A DNA stretch of 64,000 nt from Octopus sinensis. Taxonomy: Eukaryota. Shown here piece after piece: positions 52,629-64,000 of this stretch (positions within the stretch are counted from its first letter, which is position 1; each line of letters begins with the position of its first letter). The translations under genes were made by a program, and so were the position numbers. A model generated the notes under the pieces. It had not been told where the DNA came from. It searched no databases and worked only from the letters and a program-made list of their open reading frames with translations. The stretch covers positions 36,952,001 through 37,016,000 of the forward strand of contig NC_043006.1 in assembly GCF_006345805.1 (NCBI RefSeq), written 5' to 3'.

Positions 52629-53239
52629 CAGGGCTAACACAGTTTTGCACTTCTCCTTGAAAAATGCATTTTTTTGAAAAAATGTTTCCGGATCCCTGCC
52701 CCACTACCACTAGTCCCCCCCAACCAAATTTTTAACTTTTCCGAAATTTTTTTTTCCATGTGTTTTAAATGACGAATATGCAAGAAACCATGTTTTCAAA
52801 ATTTTAAATTCAATAAGCATATAGATATGTGTTTAAAGAGATAGATATGAATGTCTTCCTGGGGCTAAAAACAACAGTAACACCGCTTTCTATAGGACCA
52901 CCACATTTAGTTGACAAAGATATTTTATGAATAAATGGAGAGGGATAAATAGATAGACAGATAAATAAATAAATGGATGAAAAAGTTCTAAATTTAAAAT
53001 TGAGCCCCTTATTAAACTTTATAATATTAATTATTAAACATTAATGTTTGTTTCTCATAAAATGGTGTATATTTAATTTACATTAAATTATTATTTACGA
53101 TTATTTGAGGCAAACACAAGAAAAACGCAAATTCTTTTCACTTTAATATTTCTGACACCTAAAACGTAGGAATCTGAAAAAATTTGTTCAAAAAGGTGCA
53201 TTTTTCAAGGAGAGGAGCAAAACTGCATTAAGACCCCTG
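52629..53239. mobile_element. ~610-bp MITE with ~75-bp imperfect TIRs (CAGGG...CCCTG)
   Basis: cagggctaacacagttttgcacttctccttgaaaaatgca / tgcatttttcaaggagaggagcaaaactgcattaagacccctg; AGTT on both flanks. Confidence 0.8.
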
Positions 53240-53869
53240 AGTTCAATTCTCCTAATGTAGAATGTTCTAAGAATCAAATGATATGAGAAATTACGCTGAG
53301 TAATCTCTAAAAGATTTTTTTGGCCAGAAATTCAGAACAGTGATTATTTTACACTCAGTTTCTCAGCCTGAAACAAAACACTTAACATAAAACACACAAA
53401 CATATATAAAATCATTGTTACCAACTGCTTTTTCCATGCTAGCACAGATTAGATGAGGATCATTAAGGCAGTTTTTATACAGCTGGATGCTCTTCCTGTT
53501 CTCAGCTCTCAAGTAAGGCCATGACCGAGGAGATCTAGGATCGAAAATGTTCAATAAGGTTGGGGTCATGACTAATTTATTAATACAAAGAAATTTCAAT
53601 AGACCTGTGCATGTGTGTGTATATACATCCATGTACACACACCACAAAATGCTTAATGGCTTTAAGTCCCAGAAGGCTGGAAGAATGTGGACTGCCTGCT
53701 AAGATATAAGCAGATGACCCTTAGTGTCAAGTGGGGTGCAAAGTCAAGTTTGATGGACACACAATCTCTTAAATATTACATAAAGACCGAGATTATGAGA
53801 ACAATATCTGTATGTAGATATATATACACACACATATACACAATCTAAACCAAGTAGTTTCAATAGCCC

Positions 53870-53977
53870 TGTATATATATATATATATACACATATATAT
53901 ATATAAATATATATACATACATATACACATACATACAGACATACATACATACAGACATACACACACACAGACACACA

Positions 53978-54015
<38 letters not shown>

Positions 54016-54030
54016 TACATACATACACAG
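53870..54030. repeat. (TA)/(CA)/(CATA)n microsatellite
   Basis: Direct inspection. Confidence 0.95.
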
Positions 54031-56054
54031 CATAAAATGACAACTGAAATTCTGGAGAAAAAAAGGAGTGTGTATATGTGGGAATGTATGTAATAATCAC
54101 ACACCCCACACAAATGTTCAATATAACTTACAAAATTATTTCAATAGCTTTACATAACATATACAATACACACACACACACACACACAAACAAAATACAT
54201 GTATTATTTTTCTGTTGTGTACATACAAAATTCCCAAGAGAACATAGCCATCAACTAAATAATAATTCTTTTTTTTTGCATGACAGCCATACATATATGA
54301 ATGCGTGTGTGTATGTTGTATTGTAAAGGGCACTAGTATTAAACAAAGTTCTGTAAAGGTCCTTAACCACTAATTCCCAACACTATACTATCACAAAGAG
54401 GTTACCAAACACCTACTACCATCTGGTTTACAAAGGAAAGTAGGATGACGGATAGATTTATTCTTTTTCATTATCTGAGGCCTTTGGGAATTCCCAATTG
54501 TGACTTGGAGTGAGAGAAGGAAACATTAACCCTCAACCCACATTTAATGCTTTCTTCAGGTTGACTTTTGCTCTTGACCTTCAATCTATATTTATGACGA
54601 TCATAGGAGTAATAATAATGATGATGATGATGATGATAATAGTTTCTACTAATGGCACAAGGCCTGAATTTTTTGTGGGGAGGGGATTATTCGATTATAT
54701 TGACTCCAGTATTCAACTAGTACTTAATTCATTGACCCCGAAAAGATGAAAGGCAAAGTTGACCTCAGTGGAATTTGAACTTTAAGCATTTCAGCAGGCA
54801 TGCTAATAATTCTGCCATCTCACCGCCTTAATAATAATAATAATAATAATAATAACAATAATCCTTGTTACTCTAGGTACAAGGCCTAAAACGTGTAGGA
54901 GGGGGAAAGTCGATTACATCAACCCCAGTGTGTAACTGGTACTTAATTTATCAATCCCGGAAGGATGAAAAGCAAAGTCAACCTCAGCAGAATTTGAACT
55001 CAGAACATAAAGACAGATGAAATACCTCAAAGCATTTCACCCAGTGTGCTAACGATTCTGCCAGCTCACTACTTGAGAAGAAGACACATCAAGCTGAACA
55101 AAATTGCAGTCACACAAATTGACATGTAAATGCACCCCAGTGCCATGCAAATGACACCTGTGCTAGTGGCACGTAAAAGCATCCATTACACTCTCGGAGT
55201 GGTTGGCACTAGGAAGGGCATCCAGCTGAAGAAAACCATGGCATATCAGACTGGAGCTTGGCGCAGCCTTCTAGCATGCCAGCCCAGTCAAACCATCATG
55301 GACAACAGACGTATGATGATGATGATGATGATGAATGGCTTCAAGTTTTGGAACAAGGCCAGCAATTTTGAGGGAAGGTGCTATTTGATTATATTGAGCC
55401 TAGTGCGTGACTGGTATTTATTTTATCAGCCCCAAAAGGATGAAAGGCAAGGTTGGCTTTGGAGGAATTTGAACTCGGAATATTAAGATGGATGAAAGGT
55501 AACTTGGACCTGGTATACCAGGGTACCACCAACGCTCAAGCTATGTTCAGTCATCTCAAAAGTATCTGGGGCTTCAAGAGCATCAGATAGAAACTGAAAG
55601 AAGCCCATCATATATATGTATATATGCGTGTATGTATGTATACCCTTGTCTTGCCATCACATGATGGTTGTAAACAAGTATCATTGTCATACATGTGAGG
55701 TTGTTTCCAATCTTCTGTGAAAAACATATCTAGCCATGAAGAAATATTACCTTGCTTGGAAACCAGTGAGGGTTGGTGATAGGAAGGGTACTTGACTAAA
55801 AAATCTGCTTCAACAAATTCCAACTGATCCAAGAATAGAGAAGTGGACATTAAATGACAATTTTATATTGTATTATACTATAGGCGCAGGAGTGGCTGTG
55901 TGATAAGTAGCTTGCTAACCAACCACATGGTTCCAGGTTCAGTCCTACTGTGTGGCACCTTGGGTGAGTGTCTTCTACTACAGCCTCAGGCTGACCAAAG
56001 CCTTGTGAATGGATTTGGTAGAAAGAAACTGAAAGAAGCCCGTCGTATATATCC

Positions 56055-56088
<34 letters not shown>

Positions 56089-56289
56089 TGTTTGTCCCCC
56101 CACCATCGCTTGACAACCGATGCTGGTGTGTATATGTTCCTGTAACTTAGCAGTTTGGCAGAAGTGACCAATAAAATAAGTACTAGGCTTAAACAGAATA
56201 AGTCCCGGGGTCAATTTGCTCAACTAAAGGTAGTGCTCCAGCATGGCTGCAGTCAAATGACTGAAACAAGTAAAAGAATAAAAGAAAGA

Positions 56290-57040
56290 CAAATCAAATC
56301 AAATCAAAATAGACAAAATAGATGAACATCAATGGAATTTGTATCTTGTGGTACCAGTGCCTGTGGCACACAAGAAATCCATCAGTGCTGTAGTCAGTGC
56401 GGTGGGCACATGACAAACACCATCCGATCGTGGCCGTTCGCCAGCCTCATCTAGCACCTGTGTCGGTGGCACATAAAAACACCATCCGAAGACCCGGCAA
56501 GACTAGTCAGGCCATAACCCATGGCCCCTACCTGGGACGTAGTCAGTCCACCTGTGCATACCTTCCTTCTTGTGACACTTGTGAAGACCTGTTGAGGCAA
56601 GTGAAAATCAAAACAAATCAAAATAGATGAACATCAATGGAATTTGTATCTTTGTGGTACCAGTGCCGGTGGCACGTGGCACACAAGAAAACCATCCGAA
56701 CGTGGCCGTAGCCAGTACCGCATCGACTGGCCTCCGTGCTGTGGGCACATAACAAGCACCATCCGATCGTGGCCGTTTGCCAGCCTCATCTGGCACCTGT
56801 GTCGGTGGCACATAAAAAACACCATCCGAGCGTGGCCGTTTGCCAGCCTCGTCTGGCACCTGTGTCGGTGGCACATAAAATCACCCACTACACTCTCGGA
56901 GTGGTTGGCGTTAGGAAGGGCATCCAGCTGTAGAAACACTGCCAGATCTGACTGGACTGGTGCAGCTTTCGGGCTCCCCAGACCCCAGTTGAACCGTCCA
57001 ACCCATGCTAGCATGGAAAGCGGACGTTAAGTGAGTGATG
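56290..57040 (+). mobile_element. Family D: RTE LINE 3' end with long 3'UTR, 63-bp subrepeats and a duplicated upstream segment
   Basis: 'gaagacccggcaagac' RTE ORF end at ~56490; subrepeat units at 56757 and 56820; (GAT)n-type tail. Confidence 0.75.
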
Positions 57041-57214
57041 ATATATATATATAAATATATATATATGATGATTCGGTTTCTGACTGAAGATTGAAGGCTT
57101 CGAATGACTTGTCTGTTTTCCGTGTTCGTCCCTTCGTGTATTTCACGTTCTTTATATATAAACTTTTATTCCTATATATATATATATATCACATACACAC
57201 ATGTATGTGAGCAT

Positions 57215-57800
57215 TCTCTTGAATGCTCATATGGATCACTATTAGTTGATAACTTTTGTTACCTAGGAGATGTAATTAATGGGAGAGGTGACTGCTCTGG
57301 AAGTGTAGCAGTCTAGGTAAGAACAGGCTGGAGAAAGTTCACGGAACTACTGCTGCTACCAGAAACAAAAGTGGTTCCTCTCATAGTGAAGGACAGAGTA
57401 TATGATGCTTGTGTTGGAACTGTGATGCAGCATGATAATGAGAAATGGACCTTAAATGCAGAAGACTTGAGAAGATTGGAAAGAAATGAAGTGTGCATGG
57501 ACAACATAATTCAAATGACCAGAGAGAAAAACTGGGTATAAGAGGAATCAGATGCATGGAGCTAAAAAGAACACTGATGGTATAAACATGTGATGCATAT
57601 GGATGAGGACAGCTGTGTAAATAAGTGTTGATCACTAAATGTGGATGGAATTTGTGAAAAAGAGAAAGACCCAGCAAGACATGGGATGATGTGGGGAAGG
57701 CTGATCTCAGTACAATGAAGATGACAAAGGAGTAGGATGACTGGTGATATGCAGTTCTTGAGAAGACCTGCTCAAGTTGGCAAAACTAAGTCCTGAAAGT
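57215..57800 (+). mobile_element. RTE-clade LINE ORF 3' fragment, pseudogenised
   Basis: VDNFCYLGDVI...VRTGWRKF...DRVYDACV...WTLNAEDLRRLERNE...HVMHMDEDSCV...KTWDDV...AVLEKT. Confidence 0.85.
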
Positions 57801-58564
57801 GCTCTGTAAATGTATATATATATGCATTACTGGGTCCTTTTCTCAATTCCTTCTGCAAGACACTTCATGAAGGACCATCTCTCTAACTGCAACTTTTCCT
57901 TGATATCATTAATCCCTCCTACTGCCTGGAGCCATTTCTCTCAATATCCATCCTTTGTCCTTATATTGTCTTCAACCCCATTTTACGCTGATCACCTCCT
58001 CCACTGAGCTACTAAATTCATCACCACCATACAGCTCCCATCCTCCTCATGTTCTACATTTGCTCCTCTCCCTCTCTCCACACACTCTGGCAGTCTACCC
58101 AACCAAACATCATCTTTCTCTCTCTTGCCCTTCTCCTGTCTACTCTACCAACATTATTATTCAGCTCCCAGTTCTTGTTTCCCACTCACCTTTACTGACT
58201 TCATATTCTGAGGGTTCACTTAGACACCTCACCACCACTATTCTCATCTCTTCCCATCTCCAACCCAATCAGTCCCATCCTATCTTCCAAAATGTGGGTA
58301 GCCAAGTAGTTCCTCTACAGCAAGAAACTTGTTCTGCATTGGCCCCCTTCTTTCATACTCTAACCCTTCATTTCCTAGCACAAAGCCATTTCTCTTGAGG
58401 TTCATAGTCTTCTGAGATGCACGGTGACCTCACTAATGCTAGTGGCATGAAAAAAGCACCCAGTACACACACGTACATACATACATATGCAAAGAGTGTA
58501 TCTCGCTCCAGTGTCTACTCTGACATAGTTTCTAATAATGCCAAACCATTTTACAGTCTCTATA

Positions 58565-58783
58565 TAGGTGCAGGAGTGGCTGTATGGTAAGTAGCTGGCT
58601 TACCAACAACATGGCTCTGGGTTCCGTCCCACTGCATGGCACCTTGGTCAAGTGTCTTCTACTATAGCCTTGGGCCGACCAAAGCCTTGTGAGTGGATTT
58701 GGTAGACTAAAACTGAAAGAAGTCAATCATATATATATATATATATATATATCCTCGTGTTGTATTTGTTTGTTCTTCGTTTA

Positions 58784-58815
<32 letters not shown>

Positions 58816-58979
58816 CAAATTGAGATAGGGGTTGTGAGTGCATTGATGTACATTGTTTTGTTCTATATTATTATGTTTGACCTTAATGTTCATATGTAGT
58901 GGTTTAATAAATTATGTGATTGGGTATTATCTGGTAGTTGATTATTGATTAAGATGTATTTCTCCATTTCCTTATTTTG

Positions 58980-59022
<43 letters not shown>

Positions 59023-59205
59023 ATTGTGTGTCTGTCCTCCCACTATCGCTTGACAGCCGATGTTGGTGTGTTTACGTCCCCGTAACTTGGCTGTTTGGCA
59101 AAAGAGTCAGCTAGAACAAGTACTAGGCTTACAAAGAATAAGTCCTGGGGTTGAATTGTTCGACTAAAGGCGGTACTCCAGCATAGCCGCAGTTAAATGA
59201 CAAAG
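58565..59205 (+). mobile_element. Family A SINE split by (TA)n-flanked inserts
   Basis: Head 58565-58735 and tail 59020-59205. Confidence 0.8.
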
Positions 59206-59258
59206 AATATATATATATTTTTTCTCTCCTTCTTTCTGTGTTTTTCTCTCTCTGTGTA

Positions 59259-59296
59259 TCTTTCTGTTGAAGAGCGTAGGCTCGAAACGTTAAAGA
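59259..59296 (+). ncRNA. Near-intact minimal type-I hammerhead motif (A6>U core variant) in a Penelope-like short repeat
   Basis: TCTTT CTGTTGA A GAGC gtag GCTC GAA ACGT T AAAGA: 5-bp stem I, 4-bp stem II, palindromic ACGT stem III. Confidence 0.7.
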
Positions 59297-59393
59297 CTTG
59301 TTTTATTTATATTTCCTGAGCGCCATACTAATACAATTGTTCGTTTGTTTTCCACCTGCCTTCGTCTTTTGTTTATTTTCATAAAGCTTCCCG

Positions 59394-59440
<47 letters not shown>

Positions 59441-59839
59441 TAGATATATAAGTCCAAAACGTTGCTTTTTCAGAAAACGAAAAGATAGTTTCACCATTCC
59501 ATTTCTTTTTATATTAGCAACAGTTTCAGCTTAACAATAATACTTTGTTGGGTGCATAAAATCGTAACTCCATGCATATATATTTTCAGTCAGAAATATT
59601 TTTGTAAAGCTGTCGTATGTGGGACTTACTATACTTTTGAAAAATGCTAAACCGTTGTACTACACTTAGAACATTTTTGTATCTTGGCATCTGAAGCAAC
59701 TGGAGATAAGATAGTTTGACCAGAAAAACCCGGCTATTGCAAGCAAAATTAAATATTGAAAAAACAACAGCATAAAAAACATATTTGACCAAATTTGGGC
59801 ATACGACAGTTTAACATATTAGCAACGGCATACACGCAC

Positions 59840-60205
59840 ACACGAAGTGAGATTTGCAACCACTTGGTTTCGGGTTCAGTGGCCTGCGTGGCACCTTGGG
59901 CCTTCAATTATAGCTCAGGATTAACCAATTCCACGTGAGTGAATATGGTAGACGGAAATTGTGTGAAAGCCCGTCATGTATATGTGTGTGTGTGTGTGTC
60001 TTTGTCACGCCCCCGCTTGACAACCGTTGTTGGTTTGCTTACGTCAACCTAACATAGCGGTTCAGCAAAACAGACCTATACAATAAGTAACAGACGAAAA
60101 AAGGGAAAAAAATAACGTAAGTGGTGGATTTGTTTGACTAAAATCCCTCAAAGTGGTGCTCCGGCATGGCCGCAGTCCAGCGACTGAAACAAGCAAAAGA
60201 TAAAA
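59840..60205 (+). mobile_element. Old, diverged family A SINE that retains its CpGs
   Basis: Many non-CpG substitutions, yet gcgtgg, gacgg, cccgtc, ccgtt, acgtc, gcggtt, ccgc are kept. Confidence 0.85.
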
Positions 60206-61262
60206 GATATATATATACGCATACTAATATATACATACACACACATTTACTAATGTGAAAATACAAAGACACTATCGAACACAGAACATTGAATAATGTA
60301 GTCTTGGATACACATTGTTAGGAAAAGAAAAAGACGAAAAGAAAGAAAAAAAAACTTATGTCCACTAGTTGAATGCCTTTGATCACATGTCTGCTCAAAA
60401 GGGGCTGACCTTGGGATAAACAACAACCACCTGACTCGGTCCAAATTTGAATTTAATAATGAAAGGACGAGATTAATTTTCTATTCAAATGATAACGTTC
60501 ACATATACAACGACCAAGTCATTCATCAACTACCACATGTCACACATATATGTTGGTATGTGTGAGTGTGTTGTGCACACACAAATACAATAAATTTGAC
60601 AAGCTGTTTATTTATATGTTCAGTATTCCTTTGTCAATAATGAACTTAAAAACACCAAGTATGGCAAGGTAGGGCAAAGACAGTCAGCGTACTCAGAAAG
60701 AGACGGGGGAGTAGGAGTAGGAGCTTTTGCTGAGGATGTTTGACCTTGAAATGTGTGAGGGAGTACTTGCACCCTTCATTATTATTCTCTTTCGCTCCAC
60801 TCACTAAATGGCAGAAAGAAAGAAAGAAAGAAAGAAAGAACCAGAACGTCTCTGCTTTAAGATTAGACCTAACGGCCTTGTAAGATTTCAGAATAACTAC
60901 TTCGTTAAACCGAGAGAAACTACCACCCCAGTCTATGCAAAACGCAAGCACACAGAAGTGTAAAGAAGAATTATGTATGCAATGCAAGCATGTAGTGTGT
61001 ATGTGCATATATATAATCATACGTCCCTTTCATTATTGTAATGTGTATGTAAGGGGGTGGGGGTATGTGTGTACGTATATACATGTAGACGTCCTCTTTA
61101 TGCATATAATATGCGCGCGTGTTTAAAAATTATTTTCGGCCTATAAGCCTTACGTGTGGTAACCTGCATTTAACCATAATCTTTATGCAAAAGGCACCGT
61201 CAAGAATTTGTGTATACTCACATTCCCTTTACAAATAGTAAATGGAGGGGGCGTTATAGATG

Positions 61263-61311
<49 letters not shown>

Positions 61312-61689
61312 TCACACACTCAAATAACGATGGCACATTTTCACATGCACAGCTAATTTTTTTTTTAATGTTGCGTGTATGAGTATTCACTCATGCTATT
61401 TGTAAATGAATGAATGAATGCATATAACTTGAGTATCCACCTGTTGTCTGTTCGTGTATATAATATATATATATATATATATATATTTCATAGACAGGAA
61501 TATTTATCAATTAGTGCGTACGTACACTCCTAATTGAGTGTTATAAATATGCAATTCTCAAGCTAGCATGGAATGGTACGTGTATAATGATGAGTTTACA
61601 AAGAGAACATACTGTTGGAGTTGTTTTATAATCTGTGTCCATGTTTGGTTGCTAGTAGCAGTGGCAACAAGTCAATTTTCTTCAGCAAC

Positions 61690-61741
61690 CTGAACTCATT
61701 AACGCGCGAGCCGGTTTCTATTCCCGCTTTTACCCATTTCG
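61690..61741 (-). CDS. Weak candidate exon (52 nt, phase 1-2, KWVKAGIETGSRVNEF) or 8-nt exon CGAAATGG
   Basis: Strong acceptor ttttattttttcgtgtttaatag|; donors TGG|gtaaaa (61734) or CAG|gttgct (61690); CpG-rich. Confidence 0.3.
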
Positions 61742-62043
61742 CTATTAAACACGAAAAAATAAAAATTGCAATTAAACATTGAAGCTCGTATATCACTATC
61801 CCTTTCTAATAAAGAAATGATAAAGAGATACCTCGCTGAGGTCTTTCATGAGCTGTGTGTGTTAAGGCATCATTTACATATATATATGTGTATATATATA
61901 TATATAGTCTGAGAATACACAAATGAGGGACATTCAGATATATTCATACATACATATGAAATGTCCGTGTATCGCCATCTCTTTTCGTTAAACATACGTG
62001 TGTGTGTATACGTGGGTGTGAATGCATGTCTATATATATGTGG

Positions 62044-62074
<31 letters not shown>

Positions 62075-62882
62075 CGTGGGTGTATATATATATTTATATC
62101 CACACACCCACATGTGTATACACAGTGTGTAATATCAATGTTTCAATATTTGCCTGTTTTACTTGCTCGTAACATTCACCAAACAACATACATACATTAT
62201 TACACACGTTGTGTGGTAGAACAGAAAGAAACTTGTGGTGTGCTACTATCACTCAGATTCAACATACCATTATAGTATAGACAGCTATTGTCAAGATACT
62301 GTATTTTCTTTCGTCGGTAACATTCCTATAAATGAAAATAGCCATCAAAACACAGCACAGCTTATCGCAAATATCATTATTATTAACTGATTGATTATAT
62401 ATACCTTTACTATTAAATAAAATAGAAATTTATTTTTAAAAGGTTATCAAGCTTAGGAAAAAAATGAGCTGGACTTTGGCTGTGTTATTAACGACTCTGG
62501 TCAGTATAGCAACAGAATTTTGCCGTTGTTACATACAGCAAGTGTTTATTCATTTATTTATGCAGAGTATAGATATCTGATACCGAAGTATGTTATATGT
62601 ATGTGTGTGTCTGTGTGTGTATGCTATAATCCTTGGAGGCGAATTTTTGTATTTTTTTCATCAAGACCCATCGATCGACAACTAGTTCATTAATGCTGTT
62701 GCAAGCTTTATATGACAAAAATGTGTATGTATGTGTGTGTATGTATGCATATAAATATGTGTGTGTGTGTGTGTATATACACATATACGTACATTTTTGT
62801 CATTGATAATTATGTGTAACTACCTGATGCATTTGAATAACAATTTGCATACGCTGTTTGCAAGTCAAGCTGTGTATGTATG

Positions 62883-62917
<35 letters not shown>

Positions 62918-63498
62918 AATTTCTTTAGCTGTAAGAATCATGGATTTCTTCAACAAGACAACCACACATGGATACCTCTATACAAGCTAATGAGTGTGAG
63001 CCACTTCATAGTCGCTCGAAGCGCTAGTAATAGCAGCTAAATACCCTTTAAACCATATTCTACTATCGTGGACAAGGAAATGTTACAAAAATGATCCTAA
63101 AACATAGGGAAAATGCTAAAACATGATGTTCATGACAAGAATGCCTTCGATCATAGATAGATCTCTGCTCGATCCGGGCAGACCTGGGGCTAAACAACAG
63201 TCTCTATCATACATTTATTTAAAACATATTCAACAATGCCGTGTAAGGTATCCAAGATGGGAATGGAATTATCATAGAAACCGATTCAATAACGATTTTC
63301 TTAACGTAGGCATAAGATCGGCCTCAGTATCAGAAAGGCTAGTAGGAGTTCATTGAGACCGCATTTCATGTTCATGCTTTTCCTCGTTGACTCGAGTGAC
63401 ATAAATATCCATCATAATCATCATCATCGATAAAAATCAACAGCCAAAGTGTTAAACAGGAAACAGTAGTATTTAATCATTCATTACACACACATTAT

Positions 63499-63541
<43 letters not shown>

Positions 63542-63679
63542 CATATATATACACATACATACATACACACACACATACATAAACGGTATACACGCCATGC
63601 TTGCGTGTATGTTACATGAAAAAATTGTATTTGACCGCTGTGTTAAATATAGATTATATATAATATACACATGCATACA

Positions 63680-64000
<321 letters not shown>

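Noticed and set aside
56690-56885. Repeat-spacer-like pattern
   Set aside because: Contiguous 63-bp tandem subrepeats in a retroelement UTR of a eukaryote, not a CRISPR array
57075-57115. CTGAAGA...GAATGAC motif (also CTGAGGA...GAATGAC on minus at ~43330-43365)
   Set aside because: GAAT instead of GAAA, no stem I pairing and no UH triplet; at most a vestige
57810-58400. Pyrimidine-rich segment with a 147-aa ORF
   Set aside because: Faint resemblance to Penelope or CR1 fragments but no motif I can support; low complexity
59630-59699. 70-nt open phase 0-1 segment with AG/GTAAGT ends
   Set aside because: No supporting context or recognisable peptide; phase does not lead into the downstream candidates
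60725-60760. CTGAGGA...GAAA spacing resembling a hammerhead
   Set aside because: Stems I-III do not pair

Overview
Repeat-dense, AT-rich animal genomic DNA. The SINE families and the (TA)n/(CA)n/(GAT)n load look like a coleoid cephalopod, most likely Octopus (pattern recognition, not a search). None of the ORF-track calls is a credible intact gene: they are microsatellite read-throughs or repeat fragments. Most of the window is tRNA-headed SINEs (locally labelled A, B, C, E), RTE-tail elements (D), MITEs (piggyBac-type, hAT-type), Helentron/HINE-like elements and decayed LINE ends (L1/Tx1, RTE). Two hidden layers stand out. (1) Minimal type-I hammerhead ribozyme (HHR) motifs with a palindromic ACGT stem III, the form known from Penelope-like retroelements. 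One family sits behind a tRNA-derived Pol III head (47075-47304) and also occurs as a head-to-head inverted pair (8581-9031). A near-intact variant is at 59259-59296. (2) Short, canonically flanked, phase-compatible candidate exons on the minus strand (25737, 21429, 2603, 1347, a 9-nt microexon at 1013), plus an AG|GTGAGA recursive-splice-like site at 22807/22806. These suggest the window is mostly intron of a long, alternatively spliced minus-strand gene that I cannot name. CpG decay is strong in old repeats from about 2 to 59 kb and weak at both ends, consistent with a gene-body methylation domain. Only representative repeat copies are listed, and repeat boundaries are approximate.
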